A stretch of 32,000 nt of DNA, taken from contig NZ_PQWO01000004.1 of NCBI RefSeq assembly GCF_003231495.1, positions 210,001 to 242,000 of the forward strand. Direction: 5' to 3'. The position numbers were made by a program, and so were the translations under genes. Of this stretch, positions 1-9,378 are shown piece by piece. Origin of the DNA: Acaryochloris thomasi RCC1774. Lineage in GTDB: Bacteria; Cyanobacteriota; Cyanobacteriia; Thermosynechococcales; Thermosynechococcaceae. The notes beneath the pieces were generated by a model. The model was not told where the DNA came from. It worked only from the letters and a program-made list of their open reading frames with translations, and did not search any database. The first letter of the stretch is position 1; each line of letters starts with the position of its first letter.

Positions 1-329
1 TCTCAGGCGGTCGCTTCCGTCACGGACCGATGGAGCTGCTGTCATCGCAGGTGGGCTGCATTGTCTTTACAACTCCCGGTCAAACGCTGGAACTCAGTCA
101 GCATCTAGCGACAGATATTGCGAATCGTGGCGGGCAGTTGGTGACGATTGGAGAGGCAATTTCAGATGCTGCTCCCCATGCTCATCTAGCTCTGCCAGAG
201 GTCGATGAAGCCCTCAGCCCCATTCTGGAGATTTTAGGCCCTCAGCTCTTAGCGGCAAAGCTAGCGGAGCAAAAAGGACTTATCCCTGGTGAATTTCGCT
301 GGAGCGGCAAGGTTGTCCATACGGAGTAA
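1..329 (+). CDS. SIS-domain sugar-phosphate isomerase/aminotransferase-like protein, C-terminal part; the 5' end lies outside the window
   Basis: The frame of ORF 30..329 stays open back to base 3 (SGGRFRHGPMELL...). The FRHGP(M/L)E motif and the ...LLAAKLAEQKGLIPGEF tail resemble the second SIS domain of GlmS/AgaS-like proteins. The internal Met at 30 is therefore not the start. Confidence 0.65.
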   Translation, partial: SGGRFRHGPMELLSSQVGCIVFTTPGQTLELSQHLATDIANRGGQLVTIGEAISDAAPHAHLALPEVDEALSPILEILGPQLLAAKLAEQKGLIPGEFRWSGKVVHTE

Positions 330-390
330 GGGGCAGGTCTCGCTCGCTCCGATAGGTGAATGCACAGCAAATGCTCCTGTTGTTCTCAAT

Positions 391-420
391 GGTCCCGTGA
401 GGCATAAACTTCACGGGACC
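391..420. terminator. Perfect 10-bp stem hairpin between convergent genes; candidate bidirectional terminator
   Basis: GGTCCCGTGA (391-400), 10-nt loop, TCACGGGACC (411-420). It sits between the SIS gene stop (329) and the leuA stop (439). There is no strong U-tract on either side. Confidence 0.5.
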
Positions 421-438
421 AGCTACGACAGGCTCTAA

Positions 439-2082
439 CTATGGATGCTTTCGGTTGCAAGCACTGAGAATGGCTAATAGGGAAGCTGTGACAATATTGG
501 GATGAATTCCCACGCCGTAGCTGCCTTTTTGCTCTTGCGCTGACTTTAGCTGGATAGTTGCGATCGCAACCGCATCACTCCCCTGCTCCAGAGCGCGCTC
601 CTCATAATGACAAACCTGCAAATCTTGATCCAGAGCATTCAAAAAAGCATCAATCGGCCCATTCCCCTCCCCTTGAATCTTGAGAGGCTGTTGCTCACGC
701 TCCAATTCAGCCACAATTTTCCATCCTGATCGAGTTTCACTCATCTGATGAGACTGATACTTAAACGGACTCCCCTGCAGATATTCACGCGTAAACAACT
801 GCCATAAATCGGCTGATGACAGCTCCTGTCCAACCGTATCCATTGTTTTCTGCACGACTTGACCAAACTCAATCTGCAGCGGACGCGGCAGCACCAAACC
901 ATAATCACGCTCCAACAAGAAAGCAATGCCCCCTTTCCCAGACTGGCTGTTGACCCGTACCACCGACTCATAGGTGCGACCCACATCTGCCGGATCCATC
1001 GGCAAATAGGGAACCTGCCATAGTTCATCTGATTTTTGAACCGCAAAACCCTTCTTAATCGCATCTTGATGAGAGCCTGAGAACGCAGTAAAAACAAGCT
1101 CTCCAGCATAGGGATGACGAGGATGAATCGGCAACTGTGTACAGTCCTGAGCGACTTGAGCCACCTCATCAATCTGGCTAAAATCCAGCCCCGGATGAAT
1201 GCCCTGAGTATATAAATTCATCGCCAGGGTCACCAGATCAACATTGCCGGTTCGTTCTCCATTGCCGAACAAACAGCCCTCAACACGTTCTGCCCCCGCC
1301 ATCTGGGCCAGCTCCGCCGCTGCAATGCCACAACCGCGATCATTGTGGGTATGTACGCAAAGAATAACGCTGTCTCTAGGAATGAGGTGTCGATGCATCC
1401 ACTCCACTTGGTCAGCAAAGACATTAGGCGTTGCCACTTCGACACTGGCAGGCAGATTGATGATCGCCTGATGCTGAGGCGTGGGCCGCCAAATATCCAG
1501 GACTGCGTTACAAATATTTCGAGCAAAATCCAGTTCCGTTGAAGTGAATACCTCTGGAGAATATTGGAACTGCCACCGCGTTTCAGGATGTTCAGCAGCA
1601 AGATCGTAGACAAGCTGAGCCGCAGTTGTTGCAAGGTCGATGGTTTGGTCTTGATCCCGCCCAAATACAATACGACGGAAGGCTGGGGCAGTCGCGTTAT
1701 AGACGTGCACAATTGCCTGGGGAACCCCTTTCAATGCGGCAAAAGTACGGTGAATCAAATCTTCTCGCGCAGGGACAAGCACTTGAATGACCACATCGTC
1801 GGGAATCAAACAGTGTTCAATTAAATAGCGAACAAAATCAAACTCGGCTTGAGAAGCAGAGGGGAAACCCACTTCAATTTCTTTGAATCCAATTTGAACC
1901 AGCAGGTTGAACATCTGCAGCTTTTGAGCCGGATTCATCGGTTCTATCAGTGCTTGGTTACCGTCTCGCAGGTCGGTACTGAGCCAGATAGGTGGCCTCG
2001 AAATACTCTTGGCGGGCCAAGTACGGTCGGACAAATCAATGGGTTGAAAAGATTGGTACTTGGTTTGAGGCTGAATCAACAT
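439..2082 (-). CDS. leuA: 2-isopropylmalate synthase, long (yeast/actinobacterial, LeuA type 2) form
   Basis: 547-aa ORF. Motifs seen: DRTWP...PIWLSTDLRDGNQALIEPM, GFKEIEVGFPSASQAEFDF, HTHNDRGCG, and a C-terminal LeuA regulatory/dimerisation region. The ATG is preceded by GGAGA, 8 nt upstream. Confidence 0.95.
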   Translation of the reverse strand: MLIQPQTKYQSFQPIDLSDRTWPAKSISRPPIWLSTDLRDGNQALIEPMNPAQKLQMFNLLVQIGFKEIEVGFPSASQAEFDFVRYLIEHCLIPDDVVIQVLVPAREDLIHRTFAALKGVPQAIVHVYNATAPAFRRIVFGRDQDQTIDLATTAAQLVYDLAAEHPETRWQFQYSPEVFTSTELDFARNICNAVLDIWRPTPQHQAIINLPASVEVATPNVFADQVEWMHRHLIPRDSVILCVHTHNDRGCGIAAAELAQMAGAERVEGCLFGNGERTGNVDLVTLAMNLYTQGIHPGLDFSQIDEVAQVAQDCTQLPIHPRHPYAGELVFTAFSGSHQDAIKKGFAVQKSDELWQVPYLPMDPADVGRTYESVVRVNSQSGKGGIAFLLERDYGLVLPRPLQIEFGQVVQKTMDTVGQELSSADLWQLFTREYLQGSPFKYQSHQMSETRSGWKIVAELEREQQPLKIQGEGNGPIDAFLNALDQDLQVCHYEERALEQGSDAVAIATIQLKSAQEQKGSYGVGIHPNIVTASLLAILSACNRKHP

Positions 2083-2773
2083 TTTCGTTTTCTCCGGTGT
2101 GGTTTGTATGCGGCGGAGAGTGGGCTGTCAGTGTGCCGAGCTGTCTTCTGACAACCCACCAATAGTCGTAGCCCCAGAAAAGATTGAAGTCGCAGCATAG
2201 AATTACTCCAGATCAGCAAAAAATAGAATGAGCAAGCGCACATCAAAGTGCATGTCCATATAGAAGAGACATTCAAAAAATTGTTCTGAAACCTAGTCAG
2301 CAAAAACTCACCCTCTAGGTCAGAGGTGACAGTCCCTTATTGAAAGCGGGTAAAAGTGATATGTGATTAGATAGTGCGCCCAAGGCGCAGCAGCAGTTGT
2401 AGCCCTAATAAAAGGCTAGACAACAAACGTAGAGATAACTGCTGGCAAATCATGCAGGTGAATATCTAGGAGATAAATCAAGAGCCATAAGCTCAATTAT
2501 CATTCTATTAGGTTACCCTAACTTATCTAAGAATATCTGGCCATCGCGCAGTGCCAATGGTCCACTCTGGAAACATCCCACCTTGGCATTGAGCAATTAA
2601 GCCTGTAGCAATCAGATCCATAGGTGACACTGCAGCTTGACCGAAAGACCTAGGTCATCAGCATCAACAACTGCGCTGTAACGGAGCCACGATTTCGAGT
2701 GCTAAGTGCTTTGCGAAAGTGGGAGGTTCTTAGAGTGCTGTTATCGATCAGGGCATGATCATCGCCCTAAAAT

Positions 2774-3550
2774 CTACATACCCATAATGCAGTAGCCAGA
2801 ATCCACATAAATAATTTGGCCAGTGATTCCGCTTGCCAAATCACTGCTCAGAAAAGCAGCCGTATTTCCGACTTCTGTTTGAGTGACGGTGCGCTTGAGC
2901 GGTGCCATCTCTTCAACATGGTGAATCATATCCAAAATACCGCCCACCGCCGATGAAGCCAGCGTGCGAATGGGGCCAGCCGAGATACCATTGACGCGAA
3001 TATTCTGAGAGCCAAGCTCAGAGGCTAAATACTTCACATTCATCTCTAGGGCCGCCTTCGCAATCCCCATCACATTGTAGTTAGGAATCACCTGTACCCC
3101 TCCGAGGTAGCTTAGCGTGATAATGCTGCCTCCCTCAGTCATTAAAGGCTTTGCAGCAGCACTAAGCTGGATCAGAGAGTAGGCACTGACATCCAAAGCC
3201 AAGTTGAAGCCCTCTAGGCTCGTCTGACTAAAATCACCCGTCAAGTCATCTCGATTCGCAAAAGCCAGACAGTGGATCAAAATATCGATCTTGCCCCACT
3301 GATCTTTAATCGTTTGAAACGTGGTGTCAACTTGGGCCTGATCCTGGACGTTGCAGGGCAGGAACAGGCTAGGCGCAAGTGGTTCAACCAGCTTCTTTAC
3401 CTTGCCTTCATTGCGACCTTTGTCGTCGGGGAGATAGGTGACCCCTAAATTGGCCCCGGCTGCTTGGAGCTGCTGAGCAATGCCCCAAGCAATCGAGCGA
3501 TTGTTTGCAATCCCAGTGACGAGGGCATTCTTTCCGGTCAAGTTCAGCAT
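2774..3550 (-). CDS. fabI: Enoyl-[acyl-carrier-protein] reductase (NADH), FabI
   Basis: 258-aa SDR. N-terminus is GKNALVTGIANNRSIAWGIA. Catalytic Y-x6-K is present (YNVMGIAKAALE). ISAGPIRTLA block is typical of FabI. Confidence 0.95.
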   Translation of the reverse strand: MLNLTGKNALVTGIANNRSIAWGIAQQLQAAGANLGVTYLPDDKGRNEGKVKKLVEPLAPSLFLPCNVQDQAQVDTTFQTIKDQWGKIDILIHCLAFANRDDLTGDFSQTSLEGFNLALDVSAYSLIQLSAAAKPLMTEGGSIITLSYLGGVQVIPNYNVMGIAKAALEMNVKYLASELGSQNIRVNGISAGPIRTLASSAVGGILDMIHHVEEMAPLKRTVTQTEVGNTAAFLSSDLASGITGQIIYVDSGYCIMGM

Positions 3551-3698
3551 GGCTTATGTTTAAGTGACAGACTATTTGGACAATGAGGCTGAAATATCGC
3601 TTAAAAAGCGTAGAGATGGCGAAATAAAAGCTAATTTGCTAAAAAATACCGCTAAAGTAGATATTTTTTAGCTGTTTCTTATTTTGCACGAACGATTC

Positions 3699-3714
3699 TG
3701 TATCAAATAATACA
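3699..3714. promoter_or_regulatory. Consensus NtcA-binding site TGTA-N8-TACA in the fabI/ntcA divergent intergenic region
   Basis: TGTATCAAATAATACA is a perfect palindromic GTA-N8-TAC core with the flanking T and A. It lies about 234 nt upstream of the ntcA ATG. Candidate -10 elements TAAGTA (3737-3742) and TAGTCT (3741-3746) follow 23-27 nt downstream. ntcA autoregulation is well established. Confidence 0.6.
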
Positions 3715-3940
3715 CACAAACCTCTGCGAGTCCGCTTAAGTAGTCTAGATGCCTCTTTAGGCGAGGACTAGACGTGATTGGACTTCCTCGGCTATAGACG
3801 CAGGAGCGAGGTCACAGGCGATCTCATTGCGAAAATCAAGTGGTACCGACAGTTAAGAGCCTTGCATCTATATCAAGTGTTTCACATGTCGTGCCTTCTT
3901 TAAGTCCTATGAGTAGAGAAAAATCCGGGGCAAAGCAAGC

Positions 3941-4612
3941 ATGATTATGACTCAAGTTAGTCCTCTAGCAGCCGTTTTTCGTCAGATGAGCAACGGTCAG
4001 TTTCCGCCAGTGGCTGAGACGTTTGAGCGTGGCAAGACCATTTTCTTCCCCGGCGATCCTGCAGAGCGGGTCTATTTCTTGATTCGAGGCGCCGTTAAGT
4101 TATCCCGAGTTTACGAAGCGGGGGAAGAGATTACGGTGGCGCTCCTGCGAGAAAACAGCGTGTTCGGTGTTCTGTCACTGTTGACTCAGCAACGGTCTGA
4201 TCGCTTCTATCATGCGGTGGCTTTTACGCAAACAGAGCTGTTGTCGGTGCCGACTGAACAGGTTGAAAAAGCCATGAAAGAAGATTCTGAGCTGCCGATG
4301 GTGCTGATGCGGGGTTTGTCTTCTCGGATCTTGCAAACAGAAATGATGATTGAAACGCTAGCCCATCGGGATATGGCGTCAAGGCTAGTCAGCTTTTTGC
4401 TGATTCTATGCAAGGATTTTGGGGTTCAAAGCGGTCCAGGTATTACCATTGACCTCAAGCTGTCTCACCAAGCGATTGCGGAAGCGATTGGTTCAACGAG
4501 GGTCACGGTCACCCGCCTGCTAGGCGAGCTGAGGGATCAAGAAAAAATTTCGATCCACAAGAAAAAGATCACGGTTCATAACCCAATGCAGTTGGGACAA
4601 GAGTTTGCCTAA
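3941..4612 (+). CDS. ntcA: Global nitrogen regulator NtcA (CRP/FNR family)
   Basis: 223 aa. Canonical NtcA blocks seen: [49 protein letters not shown], and the [25 protein letters not shown]. Confidence 0.97.
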   Translation: MIMTQVSPLAAVFRQMSNGQFPPVAETFERGKTIFFPGDPAERVYFLIRGAVKLSRVYEAGEEITVALLRENSVFGVLSLLTQQRSDRFYHAVAFTQTELLSVPTEQVEKAMKEDSELPMVLMRGLSSRILQTEMMIETLAHRDMASRLVSFLLILCKDFGVQSGPGITIDLKLSHQAIAEAIGSTRVTVTRLLGELRDQEKISIHKKKITVHNPMQLGQEFA

Positions 4613-4770
4613 GGGTTACCCTGGCACGGTCACGCGTGATTGTTGAAGGCCGTAAACCCAGATCTGTAGCGGCACACGTATTGCTGAGTACACAAAAATG
4701 TCTGAAACCCATCTGTGCTAATGAAGGGCTGTCCTAACTCAGCCGGGTACTGCTGTATTGCATTAAAAAT

Positions 4771-5025
4771 TTAAACGACGTACAGCCTCGAAGTGGATGT
4801 ACGACAGCCTTTACGCCAGTTGCGAAAGTAGGTGTAGACCGTTTGCTACGCGAGAAAGTCACCGGGCAGTCCTCGCCAAGTGCGGCCTTCACACAGGATG
4901 TAGAAAATAGCATTGAGGAGCAGCAGGTCTGTTCCAGGGCGATCTCTGCGTTTGGCTACAGGCAAAAGAGACTCTAAGAGTTCTCCTTGTTCTAGAGTGA
5001 GGTCGCTCGGATATGATTTACGCAT
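4771..5025 (-). pseudogene. Remnant of an IS5/IS4-family (DUF4096-type N-terminus) transposase; in-frame stop and truncated
   Basis: My minus-strand translation from the ATG at 5025 reads MRKSYPSDLTLEQGELLESLLPVAKRRDRPGTDLLLLNAIFYILCEGRTWRGLPGDFLA*QTVYTYFRNWRKGC... This is the characteristic N-terminal ~85 aa of cyanobacterial IS5-group transposases. It is interrupted by a TAG and lacks the DDE domain. Confidence 0.65.
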
Positions 5026-5328
5026 TGCTCTTTGGTGGCTATTGTTTGGTAACGACAGCCTATAACCAAAGGGCTTTTCTTATGGAAATCTCGAATTCTC
5101 AAACATCCTCTTAGAGACCTAGGCGGAATCGGCCTGCCACCTTTTCTCAACATACAAGGCGGATTTTGCTTGTGTCGCTGCGGTTGCAACCGCCAAGTGA
5201 GAAGGTTCTCTCAGTCTTTTATTTATAAAGCAAAATTGATAGGCCATCATACCAAAAGCGACTTGGATTAACACCTTACCAAGATATGAATGATTTTAGC
5301 AATATCTACTTGTATTTTTTGTTGATCT

Positions 5329-6714
5329 ATGGATCTAAAGTCGGCAAAAAATATTTTTCTAGCGCTGAATTCATGCACTTATAGTCCTTTTAGGAATCTT
5401 TATAATCCATGTTTTCCTTATACGCTATTATCTTTTTATCTCTGCGATGTAAAATCTGTGCAGCCAATAGCATCAGCGAAAAATTTATCTCCGATGATAA
5501 CTCTTAGGGAGATCATGAAAATTCTCCTAAGACCCTTTAGATACCCTGTGGTTAGGATATTTCTAAAAATATCTAGGGTAGAAGATTTATGTAGCCAAAA
5601 CTTAGTAGAGCAATTCCTCGCTCGCATATTAATCACTGCCGCTAAGAGCTATGAGCTAGTCAAAATAACCTCGCTTGAAAAAATTTACGGAGAGGATCTT
5701 GTCAAAATCAGTGCAGTGCCTTGTGAAACAATGGCAACACCGGAAGCCCCACAACTTCCTCTATTACCCAAGTATCGGCGATTTCAAGCAGAGACCTACA
5801 CAACGCCCTCAAGCTATACAACAACATTGGAAGGGGTTATTTACTGTCCTGAATATAATCTTCTGTTAACAGAAGACAGAGAAATAATATCTGAATCGGT
5901 TCTCTCGGGTTGGATGAATGCGCATCTGAAGCGCGGGGTTACGTGGGAGGCACTTCATCAAGAGAACCTAGAAGTTATCAGCGGCTACAGCAGCATTATT
6001 CGAGGGTCTCCCGATTCATATTCACACGCCGTTATTGATAATATTTCTCGGGCGTTCTTGCTTGGCCACCCAGAATACTCCTGCATCGAAGAGATCAAGC
6101 TTTTATGCCCCTATCCATATCCTTTACAAGATCTAGAAAATTATTTTCTTGAAAGACTCTTGCCAAAGAACGTGAGCATGTATCCCGTTATTTCTGGAAA
6201 GCTCTACTACATTGAAAAGCTTATCTTCCCTTCTTATCTAACCGAAGAAGGTACGCATCTTTTACCTTCCTTCTGTCTAGATGAAATTCGCTCTAGATTT
6301 ATGCCAGATCGACCTCGGCGTAAAAACAAGCGGATATTGATTTCTCGAATCAAAGCTGCTGAGACGCTATCCAAACGTCACATTCTCAATGAGCAAGCGC
6401 TGTATAAAGAACTAAGGGGACTGGGTTATCAGAGATATGTATTAGAAGATATGACGATTGCAGATAAGATCGAGCTATTCTACGATGCAGAATCTGTGAT
6501 TGGAGCGGAGGGGGCTGGACTTACGCACTGTATCTTCTCGGAGGCCATCAACCTCTTAGCTCTAACGCCACGGACTGCAATAACGCCCTATTTCTATTTC
6601 ATCAGTAAATCTCTAGGCCATAATTTTCACTATCTTTTGGGTGAAAAAAACGTGCATTACACAAATTTTCATGTCAACGTCTCACAGGTCATGGAAGTCG
6701 TCAGCGCTTTTTAA
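5329..6714 (+). CDS. Glycosyltransferase family 61 (DUF563)-like protein
   Basis: The C-terminal half matches the DUF563/GT61 pattern: KRILISR...[55 protein letters not shown]. The gene is markedly AT-rich. The true start may be the ATG at 5515 (MKILLRPF), which is preceded by AGGGAG. The first ~60 codons look non-coding. Confidence 0.7.
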   Translation: MDLKSAKNIFLALNSCTYSPFRNLYNPCFPYTLLSFYLCDVKSVQPIASAKNLSPMITLREIMKILLRPFRYPVVRIFLKISRVEDLCSQNLVEQFLARILITAAKSYELVKITSLEKIYGEDLVKISAVPCETMATPEAPQLPLLPKYRRFQAETYTTPSSYTTTLEGVIYCPEYNLLLTEDREIISESVLSGWMNAHLKRGVTWEALHQENLEVISGYSSIIRGSPDSYSHAVIDNISRAFLLGHPEYSCIEEIKLLCPYPYPLQDLENYFLERLLPKNVSMYPVISGKLYYIEKLIFPSYLTEEGTHLLPSFCLDEIRSRFMPDRPRRKNKRILISRIKAAETLSKRHILNEQALYKELRGLGYQRYVLEDMTIADKIELFYDAESVIGAEGAGLTHCIFSEAINLLALTPRTAITPYFYFISKSLGHNFHYLLGEKNVHYTNFHVNVSQVMEVVSAF

Positions 6715-6785
6715 GCCTCTGCGCAGTAAGGCAGAGACAGATTTCGGTTTACACTGGTCAACGATACAGACGCCAGAGGTTAAGC

Positions 6786-7496
6786 ATGAGTGACGCAATG
6801 GATCCGGTCAAGTTAATGAAGCAGCAGGTGGGTAAAGCCGCCGCTGACCGGGTTAAATCAGGCTCCATTGTGGGTTTAGGCACTGGATCGACGACAGCCT
6901 TTGCCATTCAGTTCTTAGGCGATCGCATCAAGTCCGGTGAGCTAACCGACATTAAAGGCGTTCCTACTTCGTTTCAAGCCTCTGTATTAGCCAAGCAGTA
7001 CGGCATTCCCCTCACAACGCTAGATGAAGTTGAGCGTATCCATATCGGCATTGACGGCGCAGATGAAGTCGATCCTGCCAAGAATCTGATTAAGGGCGGT
7101 GGTGCAGCTCATACCCGCGAAAAAGTTGTAGATTCCTTAGCCGAAGAGTTTATTGTTGTCGTCGATCAGTCCAAGATTGTCGATGCCTTGGGTTCCACCT
7201 TTCCGGTCCCTGTAGAAGTTTTGCCGATGGCGATTGCCCCTGTCATGCGAGCCTTAGAGAAGTTGGGCGGTAAGACCGATTTGCGAATGGGTGTCAATAA
7301 AGATGGTCCAGTGATCACTGATCAGGGCAATATGGTGATTGATACGAAATTTGAATCCATCGCCAATCCACCGGAGCTAGAAGCGATCCTCAACAATATT
7401 CCTGGTGTGCTCGAAAACGGAATTTTTGTAAATGTGACCGATTTAGTTTTGATCGGTGAGATCAAAGATGGTCAGCCCATTGTGAGAGAGATGTAG
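6786..7496 (+). CDS. rpiA: Ribose-5-phosphate isomerase A
   Basis: 236 aa with [21 protein letters not shown] and [12 protein letters not shown] motifs. Confidence 0.95.
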   Translation: MSDAMDPVKLMKQQVGKAAADRVKSGSIVGLGTGSTTAFAIQFLGDRIKSGELTDIKGVPTSFQASVLAKQYGIPLTTLDEVERIHIGIDGADEVDPAKNLIKGGGAAHTREKVVDSLAEEFIVVVDQSKIVDALGSTFPVPVEVLPMAIAPVMRALEKLGGKTDLRMGVNKDGPVITDQGNMVIDTKFESIANPPELEAILNNIPGVLENGIFVNVTDLVLIGEIKDGQPIVREM

Positions 7497-7594
7497 CCTT
7501 GTGTTCTAAGTTGCTGCTTGCTTTAGATCTCGCATTGATGTGCTGTTTGAGCACGTGGGTACTCTAGTCCAAGAGTCGAATACCTACTAGAGCC

Positions 7595-8308
7595 GTGCAA
7601 GACTTCTATGAGATCACAAGTGCTGCCACCGAAGAACAGCGCCAAAACTTAGCTGAGCTGACTGGTTCAGGATTTGGTAGCGCACCAGATACTCTTTGCA
7701 ATCATATCCGGTATTTAAGATTTGGAAGCATCGGGCAAATCTTCTGCTACACCTCTTGGAAGCAAGTTGTGACAGATGTTGCAGATCAAGTGGCTATCAG
7801 CTGGTCTGAGGTCTTGGGTGATCGCACATGGCATGACTTATCGACGCAAGAGATTGAAGATGCCGTCGTTGTGAAGCAGTTTCAACATCTGTTGGAGCAG
7901 TTAAGACCAGAACAACGGCAACACCTCCTAATGGATCTGACACGAGAAAGTGACGATCCTCATCTTGAAGGTTTTCTGCTAGGCGGCGGCGCAATGCTTG
8001 CAGCAAGAATGAGCGGTTTCGGTGTTTATGTGCTCGCGAGCACTGTACTAGGGAGCCTGACGGGTGCGTTAGGTATCACCTTACCCTTTGCTGTTTATAT
8101 GGGCGTGAGCCAGACTCTTGCACTCGTTCTTGGCCCTGTCGGGTGGGCAGCATTAGCTGGAGGAGTCTTATTCTCGCTTAATCAGCCCAATTGGAACCGG
8201 CTAGTTTTGTCTGTCCTACATATTGCGACACTGCGACATTCCGCGACCCCATCAGGAGCGACAGCAGAACAGCAGTATTCTAAAGCAGGTTCTATTGCTG
8301 TAGGTTGA
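7595..8308 (+). CDS. Hypothetical membrane-associated protein, possibly YaaW/UPF0174-like
   Basis: 237-aa ORF with a GTG start. It has a soluble N-terminal half and a Gly/Ala-rich hydrophobic C-terminal half (GGGAMLAARMSGFGVYVLASTVLGSLTGALGITLPF...). Length and layout recall YaaW. The family assignment is tentative. Confidence 0.55.
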   Translation: MQDFYEITSAATEEQRQNLAELTGSGFGSAPDTLCNHIRYLRFGSIGQIFCYTSWKQVVTDVADQVAISWSEVLGDRTWHDLSTQEIEDAVVVKQFQHLLEQLRPEQRQHLLMDLTRESDDPHLEGFLLGGGAMLAARMSGFGVYVLASTVLGSLTGALGITLPFAVYMGVSQTLALVLGPVGWAALAGGVLFSLNQPNWNRLVLSVLHIATLRHSATPSGATAEQQYSKAGSIAVG

Positions 8309-8322
8309 AGTCCAAGCAAATA

Positions 8323-9348
8323 TCAATACCGAATGCGGGGATCAATGTAGGCGTTCACAATATCGATCGCAATACTGGTAAGCACAACAATTAGTGCAAA
8401 AAAGACAATGACGCCCTGCACCGTGGGGTAGTCGCGATCGCCAATCGCTGCATAAAGACGATTGCCGAGCCCTGGCCAAGAGAACGTTACCTCTGTGAGC
8501 ACAGCACCCCCTAACATTGAGGCCGTTGTTAGCCCCAAAATGGTCACAACGGGAATCAAGGCATTACGTAGCGCGTGACTCAAAAGTACCCGCCGTTCAG
8601 GGATGCCCCTGGCTTTGGCCGCTTCAACATAATCGGCCCTCAGTGTTTGCTTGAGATTGACCCGAACAATACGCTCAAAGATACCGCTCAGCACCAGCCC
8701 TAACGTGAAGCTAGGCAGCGCTAAATAGTAGAGCGTGGCACCAAATGCCTCGAAATTACCGCTCAGGAGACTGTCAATGAGATATAGACCGGTCGGACCC
8801 TCGGGGGGAAGCATTCGAATCGGGAAACGAGTCCCGTTGGGAAACCAGCCCAGTTTGACGGCAAAGAGCAGCTTCAGCAACATGCCAGCCCAAAAAAGCG
8901 GTAGTGCGTAAGTGATGATGCCAAACAAACGTCCTCCTGCATCTAGAGCAGTGCCCGGACGAGAGGCCGAGAGCACACCTGCTCCAACGCCAATCAAGAG
9001 GGCAAACACCATGCTGCAGATCGCGAGTTCAGCGGTGGCGGGGAAAAAATCTTGAATAATATCCCAAACCGGCTGACCTCTGCTGGTGAGAGAAGTACCC
9101 AGATCGAAGCTCAGCAGGTGCTTGAGGTAGTCAAAGTATTGCTCGAGCAGTGGCTTTGCTAGCCCGAGCTGCTCCCGGACGAGAGCCTTTTGTGATTCTG
9201 GTGCGCGCGGCCCCAAGATTACGTCTACGGTGTCTCCGGGGGTCGCTCTCAGCAGTAAAAACACCACGGTGCTAATCACCCAGACCATAAGGGGAGCCAG
9301 CATGAGGCGGGTGATGATGTAGGCCTGGAGCGCATGGGAGCGAGACAT
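8323..9348 (-). CDS. ABC transporter permease, DppB/OppB (peptide/nickel) family
   Basis: 341 aa, multi-TM. N-terminus is YIITRLMLAPLMVWVISTVVFLLLRATPGD. EAA-type loop is ADYVEAAKARGIPERRVLLSHALRNAL. It starts 30 nt after the stop of the upstream binding-protein gene. Confidence 0.9.
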   Translation of the reverse strand: MSRSHALQAYIITRLMLAPLMVWVISTVVFLLLRATPGDTVDVILGPRAPESQKALVREQLGLAKPLLEQYFDYLKHLLSFDLGTSLTSRGQPVWDIIQDFFPATAELAICSMVFALLIGVGAGVLSASRPGTALDAGGRLFGIITYALPLFWAGMLLKLLFAVKLGWFPNGTRFPIRMLPPEGPTGLYLIDSLLSGNFEAFGATLYYLALPSFTLGLVLSGIFERIVRVNLKQTLRADYVEAAKARGIPERRVLLSHALRNALIPVVTILGLTTASMLGGAVLTEVTFSWPGLGNRLYAAIGDRDYPTVQGVIVFFALIVVLTSIAIDIVNAYIDPRIRY

Positions 9349-9378
9349 AGGGCGTTAACCTTCAATGTTTTTGAGGCT

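Noticed and set aside
741-2151. Six ORFs of 65-160 aa inside leuA: 741..1172, 1230..1712, 1244..1471, 1345..1542, 1564..1824, 1849..2151
   Set aside because: All lie in alternative or antisense frames of a well-supported conserved gene. Their translations are Arg/Cys/Ser-rich with no recognisable motifs. They are shadow ORFs.
2076-2303. 75-aa TTG-initiated ORF upstream of leuA
   Set aside because: The long form starts at a TTG with no RBS and has an odd composition. Only the inner 40-codon ATG/SD-preceded version is kept, as a speculative leader-peptide finding.
4630-4639. Palindrome TCACGCGTGA just after the ntcA stop, considered as a terminator
   Set aside because: It is a loop-less 10-nt palindrome with no U-tract and cannot form a meaningful terminator hairpin.
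4992-5189. 65-aa minus-strand ORF upstream of the transposase remnant
   Set aside because: It overlaps the start of the IS5-like reading frame in another frame, is basic and Pro-rich, and has no motifs. It is more likely IS terminal or untranslated sequence. The 14-nt palindrome GCGGTTGCAACCGC at 5180-5193 lies inside it and has no clear role.
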